Positions 53,186-62,274 of a stretch of DNA of 64,000 nucleotides are shown piece by piece. A program made the position numbers and the translations under genes. Within the stretch, counting starts at the first letter, position 1. Each line of letters begins with the position of its first letter. This DNA is from a virus. The notes beneath the pieces were generated by a model, which saw nothing but the letters and a program-made list of their open reading frames with translations, was not told the origin of the DNA and searched no databases. The stretch lies in IMG/VR virus record IMGVR_UViG_3300021376_000007, one strand, 5' to 3'.

Positions 53186-53518
53186 ATGGCGCTGAGTAGA
53201 ACAGATAAAAAAATGATAGCCTTTGGAGCAGGAATGTTTGGTGGAGGACAAGTAGTCAACAAAGCTTCTGGAGGACAAGGACCCGTAGGAACAAGTGGAT
53301 CTGCCGCAAGTATAGTGGGAGTATCAGCATTAGGATATGTAGGTGCAGGAGAAATTGTTGAGCAAATAGGGTTAGGAACTAGAGCTGTTGTTGGACATCA
53401 CGCAAAAGATATATTTAGTACAATTAAAACAGGTATAAACAAAAGCCAACAAATGCTAGAAAGAGATACAGACGTAGCAAGAAGAGTAATTAAATCTGGA
53501 TTAAGTGGAATCTTTTAG
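53186..53518 (+). CDS. Gly-rich small protein
   Basis: AGGAG RBS; TTACTAT upstream. Confidence 0.6.
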   Translation: MALSRTDKKMIAFGAGMFGGGQVVNKASGGQGPVGTSGSAASIVGVSALGYVGAGEIVEQIGLGTRAVVGHHAKDIFSTIKTGINKSQQMLERDTDVARRVIKSGLSGIF

Positions 53519-53607
53519 TATTTTTTGTATAAACCAAAAAATCAAAAAAAAGTTAAAACAGAAAAAGGGCCTCAAAAATTTTTTTCAAATTTACCCTATA
53601 TAGGATT

Positions 53608-54258
53608 TTAAAATTGTGATTCTTTTGCCTCACTGACAACTCCATAGTGATAGCGGTCATCGTCTGAAGTTACCCATTTGTCTGCATCTTCAACATCCCA
53701 TTGTCTAGTATTTATAAGACGATCAATTAAATTTACTTTTTTAGTTGTGTAAGAAGGGTCATATAGGCGAACCCTATTGTTGGGTTGAATAGCATAATTG
53801 CCATCGTCTCTTATGATTACGTGACCGCACTTGTGCTGCCCTGGATTTGTGCTAAAACCCAAGTTGGTTGTGTTATCATCGGGAGCGTGCCAATCAAGCG
53901 TAAATAAATATTTTCCTTTTATAAACTTTCCGCTCCTTGATACATATTCCATTCTCATATTTCTCATTGCTTGAAATTCAGTTACAGTGATATGTGGGCT
54001 AAAAGAGTTCCACAAAACCAAATCGTGAATGTCTATTTCTGGCACTCCTGGCTCTTCGCAAAAAGCACTTATTGGCATTCTCCACCAAACACCACCATCT
54101 TCCATCAAGAAATGAAACAAGGGACTCCTACCCTGGATTGAGGCAACGCCAAAGATCATGCAGGGAAAATATTTATTATGAGAATCTTTTTGATCCCTTA
54201 AATAATTGCCACGAACATAGCACTCAATTGGAGGAATATTTGCATTTAGTTCTGGCAT
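53608..54258 (-). CDS. Conserved phage hypothetical protein
   Basis: LNANIPP...YLFTLDW...QHKC.H...GNYAIQPNNR. Confidence 0.75.
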   Translation of the reverse strand: MPELNANIPPIECYVRGNYLRDQKDSHNKYFPCMIFGVASIQGRSPLFHFLMEDGGVWWRMPISAFCEEPGVPEIDIHDLVLWNSFSPHITVTEFQAMRNMRMEYVSRSGKFIKGKYLFTLDWHAPDDNTTNLGFSTNPGQHKCGHVIIRDDGNYAIQPNNRVRLYDPSYTTKKVNLIDRLINTRQWDVEDADKWVTSDDDRYHYGVVSEAKESQF

Positions 54259-54286
54259 ACTGTTCTTTCATCTGGCTTATATTGTA

Positions 54287-54493
54287 TTAAATATACTTTA
54301 TCATTTCTACTATATTTGAAGTTAAAACGATGGTGCTGCGCTCATCTTCAACATATTCAAGATAGTAGCAAGAATCATTATAGTACAAAACATCAAAAAA
54401 TAAAGAAGTTCCATTTCTTAAAAATAAATATCCTTTTGATTGATGAGCGTTGATGCACGGATGATCATGTTCGTTAGTAATAATTATCGGCAC
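54287..54493 (-). CDS. Hypothetical protein
   Basis: 68-aa ORF in minus-strand operon. Confidence 0.45.
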   Translation of the reverse strand: MPIIITNEHDHPCINAHQSKGYLFLRNGTSLFFDVLYYNDSCYYLEYVEDERSTIVLTSNIVEMIKYI

Positions 54494-54534
54494 TTTAAAG
54501 CACTAGTCCTTTTTAATATAAATTTTTTTAATGT

Positions 54535-54756
54535 TCAGTAAACTGCAATATTTTGTAATCTTTGATTTTCCGCAACTGCCGATTCAAGTTTTGATTCAAG
54601 AGAATCGATATAAGAAATCAATAAGTTAAAACGGTTAACAGCAAAAATCATAAGCGTTTTAGCTACATATTGATCTATTGTGTCCTTGGAAATTTGGTTT
54701 TCCAATTCATTGATAATATTTTGGATTTGTGGCAATGGAGAATTTGCAAATGTCAT
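54535..54756 (-). CDS. Coiled-coil hypothetical protein
   Basis: 73-aa operon ORF. Confidence 0.55.
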   Translation of the reverse strand: MTFANSPLPQIQNIINELENQISKDTIDQYVAKTLMIFAVNRFNLLISYIDSLESKLESAVAENQRLQNIAVY

Positions 54757-54759
54757 TTT

Positions 54760-55065
54760 TTATATCATTTCCAATTGATAAACTCTTCTGAGTCTTTTTG
54801 GACATTGGTGAGTCGGAGGGTAATTAATTCCAATACATATTTTTACAGATGCACGACAAGAAGGGCAATGCCACTTGGTATTGGGAGGGTACTTGGTTGG
54901 TGCTGGAGAATCTTCTTGAACAACAGAAAGTTCTACGTCTTCTTCTTGCTGATCAATAATTATTTGAGCAACACAATTTGGACAAATACGTGGCTTTCTG
55001 CCTCTTGTTTTTGTGCGACTCCAAACTTTTTTACAAGAATCGCAAAAAAGTTTTTCTCTTTCCAT
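54760..55065 (-). CDS. Double Zn-ribbon protein
   Basis: CDSC...RGRKPRICPNC; CPSC...C. Confidence 0.65.
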   Translation of the reverse strand: MEREKLFCDSCKKVWSRTKTRGRKPRICPNCVAQIIIDQQEEDVELSVVQEDSPAPTKYPPNTKWHCPSCRASVKICIGINYPPTHQCPKRLRRVYQLEMI

Positions 55066-55080
55066 GTTGATATTCCTTAT

Positions 55081-55689
55081 CTACTGTTCCTGTATGTAAG
55101 TATAGTAAGGAGGACCAGTATGGGGGTCATACTTTGCAGCTATAGCAATAGCTTTAAGACAAAGAGACTTTGTTTGAAGTGGATTAAGTTCTTTTTTCTT
55201 GTTAAACAAAACAGAAAGAGCACCTAAACCATAAGCACTTCCAGTTCCTAAAGCATATAAACCAGTTGCATCAGAAGTCCAAGAATAATCTCCGTCTACA
55301 ACATATATGTATCCATGAACAGAGCATATAACGGTAGATCCCTGCTCAGCAATGTGAGATGAATTATCTCTTTCAGGAGCAGCATAACCTTGAACTTCAA
55401 ATGTATTTCTCAAAGTAGGAACAAATTTATTGGTAAAAAAACTGTCCAACTTTGATCCAGACAACCCAGGAGATGGAACAGGTGGAACAAAAACGTGATG
55501 CAAGATATTGATAGCCCTAACATCACCAGCGGCACCCAAAAGATACTTGCCATTGACAGCAACTTTAGAAGAATTCTTGGCTAAAGTTATTATTTGAGAT
55601 GTAAAACCGCTTTCATCCATAGATGAAATTCTTGAGTCAGTGCAAATGACACTGAAACCTTCTCCTTGAACACCTAAAATAGTAGTCAT
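55081..55689 (-). CDS. Proteasome beta/HslV-like Ntn-hydrolase protease
   Basis: N-terminal MTTI, DSR, K, GAAGD, GTGS and D..TG motifs. Confidence 0.82.
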   Translation of the reverse strand: MTTILGVQGEGFSVICTDSRISSMDESGFTSQIITLAKNSSKVAVNGKYLLGAAGDVRAINILHHVFVPPVPSPGLSGSKLDSFFTNKFVPTLRNTFEVQGYAAPERDNSSHIAEQGSTVICSVHGYIYVVDGDYSWTSDATGLYALGTGSAYGLGALSVLFNKKKELNPLQTKSLCLKAIAIAAKYDPHTGPPYYTYIQEQ

Positions 55690-55895
55690 GGTAATCCTTG
55701 GTTTTGAACTAGTAACACATGGATTATACTACAGAGATGTGTAAAAAACAATTTTAATTGTCATTTAAAGAAGATGGAGAAAAATAAATAGAACCAAACA
55801 CCTTCATTGCTATAGTTTTAATTTGTTCTGGGGAATCAGTACAGTAAAGATAAGAAGATTTTTTGGGTCTACGTTTGTTTTTATTTTTTTTCTTC

Positions 55896-56141
55896 TTAGA
55901 CAATGGGTACTCCAGGCTTATATATAGAAAATTCTTCATACTTGCCTCTAATATTTTTATTAAAATAATTACCAGAAGACTCAGCAGAATATAAAGACCA
56001 ACAAACAACGTAAGGTACTTTAGCATAACGCCAAATAGAACCACTGCTAAAAACAATTATTAAATCTTGCGTGTCAGGATTCCACATAGATAATTTAATA
56101 ACTGAACTATTTTCAAAAGACTTTAGAATTATTTTTTGCAT
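55896..56141 (-). CDS. KTSC-domain protein
   Basis: SSVI...L.I.F.SG..W.Y..VP......L..AES.G.YFNKNIRGKY. Confidence 0.85.
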   Translation of the reverse strand: MQKIILKSFENSSVIKLSMWNPDTQDLIIVFSSGSIWRYAKVPYVVCWSLYSAESSGNYFNKNIRGKYEEFSIYKPGVPIV

Positions 56142-56168
56142 TAAAATCTCCAGTTAAAATCTCCAGTT
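56141..56168. repeat. 13-bp tandem duplication covering the RBS of the KTSC gene
   Basis: TTAAAATCTCCAG x2. Confidence 0.7.
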
Positions 56169-56290
56169 TAGATATACGCTTTTTTATGGGCTTAAGCATG
56201 TGTAAGACTAGTAGGAAATCGGCTAAAAGACCAACGCTTAGTCCAAATAAAAACCAAAATATTTCCATTATAGTCTCCAAATTATATCAG

Positions 56291-56362
56291 AGCCCTCAGA
56301 CAGGATCGAACTGTCGACCTACCGCTTACAAGGCGGTTGCTCTACCACTGAGCTACAAGGGC
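56291..56362 (-). tRNA. tRNA-Thr(UGU)
   Basis: GCCCTTG TA GCTC AGTGGTA GAGC A ACCGC CTTGTAA GCGGT AGGTC GACAG TTCGATC CTGTC TGAGGGC T. Confidence 0.93.
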
Positions 56363-56504
56363 GTCCAGACACGCTGTAGAGCCTTCTAGCACACTTATCT
56401 CTAGCCTATTCCGTAGGATAAGGTCTAGCTAGTCATGCTGACATACGTGTCCTGTCCAGCGAGTAATAGGGAGTCGCTGGCGTTCTTTATTTTGAACTTG
56501 CGGG
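56363..56504 (-). ncRNA. Putative structured RNA between two tRNAs
   Basis: Nested helices GACACG/CGTGTC, CTAGC/GCTAG and CTTATC/GATAAG plus hairpin CCAGCGA/TCGCTGG; GC higher than flanks. Confidence 0.4.
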
Positions 56505-56578
56505 CGCCCTCGGTATGATTCGAACATACGACCTGCGGATTAGAAGTCCGATGCTCTATCCAGCTGAGCTACGAGGGC
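56505..56578 (-). tRNA. tRNA-Arg(UCU)
   Basis: GCCCTCG TA GCTC AGCTGGATA GAGC A TCGGA CTTCTAA TCCGC AGGTC GTATG TTCGAAT CATAC CGAGGGC G. Confidence 0.95.
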
Positions 56579-56584
56579 TTTATG

Positions 56585-57022
56585 TTATTCTGGATATGCG
56601 TAATTTCTTTTTGTGTCAGAATCAATAAAAAGTTTTATTTGAATAACTTTATTTTGATCTTTAACCAAATAAAAAAACCCGTTTTGCCAATACATTCCTT
56701 CTACTAAATAACCAGGTCTAGTGTCGTAATCTGCAATATGACCACAAGTCGCATCAGATAATAATTTATATTTGAAAACTCCCAAAGGATAAACGCTCCA
56801 ATAAGAATCGTTTAACTTTAAATCTTCAGGAAAAGAAATTTTTCCATGAAAATTAATAAAGTTTTCAGTCAAAGAATAGACTAGATTATAATCGTGAGTT
56901 AGTGTGTCGTAAACATGCCAATCATAATAAAACTGATAGAACTGAAGAAAATCATAAGAATCTTCTTCGTACAAAGTAGGATCAACTATTGATATATATT
57001 CTATAAAAAAATTTTCAGACAT
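56585..57022 (-). CDS. Hypothetical protein
   Basis: 145-aa operon ORF. Confidence 0.6.
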   Translation of the reverse strand: MSENFFIEYISIVDPTLYEEDSYDFLQFYQFYYDWHVYDTLTHDYNLVYSLTENFINFHGKISFPEDLKLNDSYWSVYPLGVFKYKLLSDATCGHIADYDTRPGYLVEGMYWQNGFFYLVKDQNKVIQIKLFIDSDTKRNYAYPE

Positions 57023-57023
57023 A

Positions 57024-57407
57024 TCAAGAAGTTTTAGATTTTATCAACAACTTAACATACAAAGTTTTTCTCTCTATATTCGAAAGAAACTTAACTGCTG
57101 TCATTCTCCAGTTGTGCTGTTTGTTAATATAATCTAAAACTTGAGTCTCAGAATACTCAGAATTATTTAGCTTTAAATTATTTTTATGCATTTCTATTTT
57201 AGACTTTTGACAAGAAAGCTGAAGCTCTATATCTCTTCTGAGAATTTGTAAAGTATAGTGCCAAAGGTCAACATGATCATGAAGATACTGAATAATTTCT
57301 TGTGAAGATTCAGATTTTACATCATTGATAACAATTTTTTGAAAGTCAGAAAAATCATTTTTAGTAATAGAATCTATGGTGGTTTCAGCTAAGTATTTCA
57401 TTATCAC
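57024..57407 (-). CDS. Helical hypothetical protein
   Basis: 127-aa operon ORF. Confidence 0.6.
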   Translation of the reverse strand: MIMKYLAETTIDSITKNDFSDFQKIVINDVKSESSQEIIQYLHDHVDLWHYTLQILRRDIELQLSCQKSKIEMHKNNLKLNNSEYSETQVLDYINKQHNWRMTAVKFLSNIERKTLYVKLLIKSKTS

Positions 57408-58134
57408 GTGTTTCTTTCTTGTAACAAAGTTGATATATCTGCATTATGTCCTGTTTAAAAGATTCTTGAGCTTGATCTCCTGATTTTAAAATATAATTTA
57501 AAGAATATAAAGGATATATAGCCCATGAACCCAACCAAGTTATTTTTTGTTTATAATCTTTTATTTTCAATTCAGTTCCAAATATAGAAGATAATACATT
57601 TGCACCGAAAGTACAAATTATTTTAGGATTCATTATTTGGATTTCAGAATGAAGATAAGATACACAATTGTTGATGTAGTTGTCGCTAATTTCTTTAGTT
57701 GGACATCTCAATAAATAAGTCAAACATATTTTTTCAGATGAAAATCCAGCTTCTTTGAGTGATTTAATAAAATAATCAGAAGAAGCAGAATCTAAATAAG
57801 ATGATTCTAACACAAACAAAACGTCAGGATCAATTACATTCCACTTGGGAAGAGCTGGAGTGATCGAATTAAATTTGCATTTTCGGCAATTATGAGCAAG
57901 AGTATGCAAATCAGTTATTCTCAAAGAAACCTTGGAAGATATTGCAGAAACTCTTGCCTCTTTAATAGCGCTGACGATGTCAGCATTAGAAATCTTTCCT
58001 TCTAAAGAAGAATATATCGATGAGACAATGTCTGTTTCCATAAAGCCCAATTGACCATAGGATCTTTCAGGAAGTTCAGACAAAGCCTCAACCAATATAT
58101 CATTAAGAGTTTCTTCGTAAGAATCAGAACTCAT
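57385..58134 (-). CDS. Family-4 uracil-DNA-glycosylase-like protein with degenerate catalytic motifs
   Basis: CRKC, DVLFVLE, TYLLRCP and C..YL..EI....PKII.TFG; GEAPG and HP motifs absent. Confidence 0.7.
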   Translation of the reverse strand: MSSDSYEETLNDILVEALSELPERSYGQLGFMETDIVSSIYSSLEGKISNADIVSAIKEARVSAISSKVSLRITDLHTLAHNCRKCKFNSITPALPKWNVIDPDVLFVLESSYLDSASSDYFIKSLKEAGFSSEKICLTYLLRCPTKEISDNYINNCVSYLHSEIQIMNPKIICTFGANVLSSIFGTELKIKDYKQKITWLGSWAIYPLYSLNYILKSGDQAQESFKQDIMQIYQLCYKKETRDNEILS

Positions 58135-58558
58135 CTGGAACAGACACTGTTGCCTGACCAGAAGAAGTATCAGATGAAGAAGTAGCTGAATCAGCTTTTT
58201 GGTAATTCAAAGAAGCGTAAGTCAAAGCTTCTGCGACCACGACAACTTTGGAACGGGACTGATTATCCTGCTGCCAGCGCTCTTGAACGAGTCGGCCAAG
58301 AATTTGAACAGTGCTACCTTTCTTCATTTTCTTTTCTGAAATTTGACGAGACACAAACTCTGCATTTTTAGAAGCAAAGTTGGAGCCGTCTTTCAGAAAA
58401 TATGTTACATCAAAATAGCCGGAACTATTGCCGGCACCTTTCTCACTGCCTGCGTAGTCAACAGCAATTCTAAGCTTTAGAATATTGCCGTTGGCAACCG
58501 TTTCAGGGTCTGAAACTATAGCAGCAGTGAGGTTTATTGTGTTGCGTGGATCTATCAT
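58124..58558 (-). CDS. ssb: Single-stranded DNA-binding protein
   Basis: DPE, LRIAVD, KG..V...GRL....W.....RSKV.V; acidic tail PDEF. Confidence 0.85.
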   Translation of the reverse strand: MIDPRNTINLTAAIVSDPETVANGNILKLRIAVDYAGSEKGAGNSSGYFDVTYFLKDGSNFASKNAEFVSRQISEKKMKKGSTVQILGRLVQERWQQDNQSRSKVVVVAEALTYASLNYQKADSATSSSDTSSGQATVSVPDEF

Positions 58559-58572
58559 TAGTCAGTTTCCAA

Positions 58573-58821
58573 TCAGTCTTTATTATCTTTTTCAAGGGTT
58601 TCTTTAAATGTATTAGATATTTGATCTAAAAAGGCAGTAGAAATTTTTACAGCTTCTACTGGCCCATATTCTATCATAAGATGTTGAAGAAAAGATAGGA
58701 ACAAATTGTATATTCCAGACTTCAGGTCAACAATAATATCGGTAGAAGTACCTTCAGGAACTTCTTGTACTAATCTTATTTCTTCATCATCTTTGTTAGA
58801 ACTATTATTTTCTGTCTGCAT
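58573..58821 (-). CDS. Hypothetical protein
   Basis: 82-aa operon ORF. Confidence 0.55.
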   Translation of the reverse strand: MQTENNSSNKDDEEIRLVQEVPEGTSTDIIVDLKSGIYNLFLSFLQHLMIEYGPVEAVKISTAFLDQISNTFKETLEKDNKD

Positions 58822-59119
58822 TTGAATTCACCCTATTAGACATTGCTTCATCAATCATTTGAGCTAAAGACTTATTGTCTCTATAACCTTTGTCGTAAAG
58901 AACAGATATGATCGGTTTAGGATCAAGATGATTATATGTTATTAACTGCAAAGTTAATATATCGTTTATTGTGTAAACTCTATAATTATTAAGATCTCTC
59001 TTAGGATCAGGATATTTATTGTTCTTTTCTCTGTTCGCAATAGTGAGAGTAGAGATGTTTAATATCTTAGCAGCTTCAGATCTATTAAAAGTTGGCTGAA
59101 TAGATTTGCTTTTTGGCAT
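58805..59119 (-). CDS. MerR-like HTH DNA-binding protein
   Basis: SEAAKILNIS..TI...E......P.RD.NNYRVYT..DI. Confidence 0.82.
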   Translation of the reverse strand: MPKSKSIQPTFNRSEAAKILNISTLTIANREKNNKYPDPKRDLNNYRVYTINDILTLQLITYNHLDPKPIISVLYDKGYRDNKSLAQMIDEAMSNRVNSNADRK

Positions 59120-59177
59120 GTTTTACTACCTTTTTTAAAGTTTGTAGTATATATAATATCAAAAAGGTATATAAAAA

Positions 59178-60485
59178 TCAACTTAAAATAGAAGAAATCT
59201 TAGATTGAAACAATCCAAAAACAGTGTTAGTTGATTTGGTTGTAAATAAACCAGTATCTTCTAAGAGTTTAATAGAAGATTCAATAACAGAAGACAACGT
59301 ATTGTTTAAAGATGAGCAATATAAATCATAAAAGTAAGGATATAAATTTACATTTTCTCTGACATAATCATATGTAACAATATTATTATTGGGCATGTCT
59401 TCATGGTATCTAGCGCATTCGTAAACACTTTCATCGTCTTCACAACAATCATCACAATGACATTCATGGTCACATTCGGAAAGAAAGAGATTGTTTGCTT
59501 TTGCATATTGTTCAATGATTGAACTAAGATTATCTCGATACAAGGAATACCAAAACTCATGAGTACGAGAAATAGGATTCCATGTTAAATTAGAAACAAT
59601 TTCAATAGGAAGTGATTCCCACAATCTAAAAAATGCATTAGATACGAGAAAAGAAAGATTCGATCCTAAAGAATGATATTTAATTCTAGCAAAACTATTA
59701 TAAACATCTCTCATTTGATCAGAAACGTATTGATCAAATTGAAACTGACCTTTGACAACAGTCAAAAAGAAATTTATATTGTCAGTAATGTCAAGATTAT
59801 AACCACTGTTCCAAATCCAATCAAAAGCTGAAGCTATTACTCCAGACACATTTTGAGGGTATCTTTCAACATCTTCAATAGAATCAAAAAATGGCCTACA
59901 CAAAGAACCATCGGCATAAAAATTAAAAATCGGAGGAGCATAAATAGGCTGATCTATGTTTGTCAAACTAGAATGAGTAAAAAACATTTTAACTGAAAAC
60001 AAACGCATGTCGTTGGGATTGTACAGACACACATAAACTTGCCAGGGTATTGGTATGTAATATGTAGATTTATCAGTATCGCGCCCTATAGCGTCTCTAT
60101 AATCTTGAGCAACAGAAATAACATGATGAGCAGGAGGCCTTTCAAAAACCACTATGCCGGGCGCAAGGTATCTAATTCCGGGAAACAGAATTTCTTGCAA
60201 ATCAAATTTTTGATCTGATTGAGGATTGTATTCAGATGAAAAAGACTTAAAAAATTCTGAAGTAAAAATCTTTGGAACAGAAACATTAATAGGTTCAAAA
60301 GTAAGATGAGGATTAAAATGTTGAACAAAAACAGAATTTTCAGAATTTTTATCTAAATCATTAATTTCTGTATAGTTATATTGTTTCTCAAGAATCCGTG
60401 AATGTTGGTAAGTTATAGAATCTTTGTAAGTTACAAAACTTGAAAGAAGAGGGTCTTGTTTAATGTAATCAATTGGAGAGCGCAT
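59178..60485 (-). CDS. Prokaryotic E2 family D-like domain protein with Cys/His-rich tail
   Basis: FERPP, IPIPWQVY, YAPPIFNFYADGSLC and W.SGYN motifs; CDHECHCDDCC. Confidence 0.6.
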   Translation of the reverse strand: MRSPIDYIKQDPLLSSFVTYKDSITYQHSRILEKQYNYTEINDLDKNSENSVFVQHFNPHLTFEPINVSVPKIFTSEFFKSFSSEYNPQSDQKFDLQEILFPGIRYLAPGIVVFERPPAHHVISVAQDYRDAIGRDTDKSTYYIPIPWQVYVCLYNPNDMRLFSVKMFFTHSSLTNIDQPIYAPPIFNFYADGSLCRPFFDSIEDVERYPQNVSGVIASAFDWIWNSGYNLDITDNINFFLTVVKGQFQFDQYVSDQMRDVYNSFARIKYHSLGSNLSFLVSNAFFRLWESLPIEIVSNLTWNPISRTHEFWYSLYRDNLSSIIEQYAKANNLFLSECDHECHCDDCCEDDESVYECARYHEDMPNNNIVTYDYVRENVNLYPYFYDLYCSSLNNTLSSVIESSIKLLEDTGLFTTKSTNTVFGLFQSKISSILS

Positions 60486-61629
60486 CTTTAAACTCCGAAT
60501 TCATATGAGGCTTTAGTTCATCGTGTGTATATAAAAAGCGTTGAGAGGCTTCAAAATAACGAAAATGAGGGCTCGTGCTAACGATGTTGTAGTGTGCTTC
60601 AACGGTATACTTGTAAATTTGATATATCAAATACGGATTTGAAACATACTCATGAACCAAATTTTTATGGTAATCAGATACAACAACGCGAAGCCTTTTG
60701 TATTTGGTATAATTTCCAATAGCAAGAGAATCAATATAAGAGTAATACGGTCGATATTTTTGAGATGACCATGCATCTTGTTGAGTATCTTGACGCAAAG
60801 AATCCATGTATCTTTTTATGGAATTTGAAAAAGTTAAATGTTGTGGTTGTGTTTTAATCCGCAAAATATAATCATTCATTTGAGAAAGATTCATGTGAGA
60901 CATGATCAAAAACATTCTTGTATAATTATTTTTCGTATTGAACGCGTAAGGTTTGTCGAAAAACTTAGCAGCTTTTGAACCAGATTGAGAAGCAATTTGT
61001 TGATGGATTTTCAAATTTTTAATAAGATAATCATATTCAGGGATGTCATTGTAAATGTCACAATTCCAACCAGAAAAATATGAATTGAAAAAAAAATTGT
61101 AAATATCTGTTATAGTACAGTTTTCTTTGTACATGTTGGAAAGTATCTGAGAATCAGACCCCATGCAAATAGCGCCAGTAGAAGAATTAGGATAAAAAGA
61201 TGGAACCAATTTTTCGTCTAGGGAAGTCATGGGACCATCGTTGAAATAAAGGTGAAAACGAAGAGTATCATCTGGAAGTAAATTTATAGTGGTAATGGTC
61301 CAAGGAACCCAAATGACTCTATCTTGAATAATCTTGATGGGTTTTCTAACATTGTAAGAATGAGAGCCAGAAAAATCCACTGGTGTTTGAAAAGGAGGTC
61401 TTTCAATAACATAAAAAGTTTTGTCTTGAGAGACATAACGAACAGCCAAAGGCAATAAATCTTTTGGAGCCTTAGGGATCCGAACATCATTTATTGCCGA
61501 CCAATAAGCTTCAAGATCTGTAAAATGTACATCATAAACAATATGTAAATCGTCAGAAAGATCAGTCCAACCAGCACAGCTCAAATTAAAAATATGACTT
61601 GGAGTAGACAAGATATAATCATTCATCAT
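60469..61629 (-). CDS. Paralogous prokaryotic E2 family D-like domain protein
   Basis: IERPP, WVPW, PN..TGAICMG and FFNS.F...N motifs. Confidence 0.55.
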   Translation of the reverse strand: MMNDYILSTPSHIFNLSCAGWTDLSDDLHIVYDVHFTDLEAYWSAINDVRIPKAPKDLLPLAVRYVSQDKTFYVIERPPFQTPVDFSGSHSYNVRKPIKIIQDRVIWVPWTITTINLLPDDTLRFHLYFNDGPMTSLDEKLVPSFYPNSSTGAICMGSDSQILSNMYKENCTITDIYNFFFNSYFSGWNCDIYNDIPEYDYLIKNLKIHQQIASQSGSKAAKFFDKPYAFNTKNNYTRMFLIMSHMNLSQMNDYILRIKTQPQHLTFSNSIKRYMDSLRQDTQQDAWSSQKYRPYYSYIDSLAIGNYTKYKRLRVVVSDYHKNLVHEYVSNPYLIYQIYKYTVEAHYNIVSTSPHFRYFEASQRFLYTHDELKPHMNSEFKDALSN

Positions 61630-62273
61630 AAACTAACCTCAGAAAAAACTAAATTTTTCAGGAAAGACTTTTTCGTATCAACTACTTGCTGAAAACAAAT
61701 ATCTTGAAATTGAAAATTTGGAAAAGAAAAAGTCATAAAATCAACATAAATTTGAATTGCTTCTTGGTCAAGTTGATCATCAGCCTTTTCAGATTGATAA
61801 TCGAGATCATAATAAACATTGTCGTTAGTGTCATATATCTTGTAAAGATAAGATCCACTGTAAGAACGATAACGGATAAGGTATACAATGAGTTCAAAAG
61901 TATCTGAAGAAAAATTACTTACTTTAGTAGAAGCTATTACCTTGATATCTGGATTGTACATCATGCAAGATGTTTGCCGAGAAGGGAAAAAGCAAAACTT
62001 AAAGTCTGAATTTACGGGCTGAGATTTTTCAAGATAAGAACAATTATAAACAGGAGGCTTGTTTGCGTATTCATATGTTGAACTTAGATTGTGAATGTCA
62101 GGAGAAGAAAAATAAGAACAAATCGGAGGAGTCTGAGAAGTTTCAACTATGATTTTAAATGCGCGCTTAATATCTTCATGAACTGTATCAATAGTAGAAA
62201 AAGATTTCATACTAGCATTAACAGAATCAAGTATTTTTTTAATACGTTCAATATCGGGTAGATCGTCAGACAT
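61626..62273 (-). CDS. Hypothetical protein
   Basis: 215-aa ORF with ATGA overlap. Confidence 0.65.
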   Translation of the reverse strand: MSDDLPDIERIKKILDSVNASMKSFSTIDTVHEDIKRAFKIIVETSQTPPICSYFSSPDIHNLSSTYEYANKPPVYNCSYLEKSQPVNSDFKFCFFPSRQTSCMMYNPDIKVIASTKVSNFSSDTFELIVYLIRYRSYSGSYLYKIYDTNDNVYYDLDYQSEKADDQLDQEAIQIYVDFMTFSFPNFQFQDICFQQVVDTKKSFLKNLVFSEVSL

Positions 62274-62274
62274 A

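Noticed and set aside
61284-61490. +1-frame ORF after CGGA 61479 as a recoded product
   Set aside because: Frame 0 carries the motifs shared with the paralog and stays open; the +1 peptide looks non-coding.
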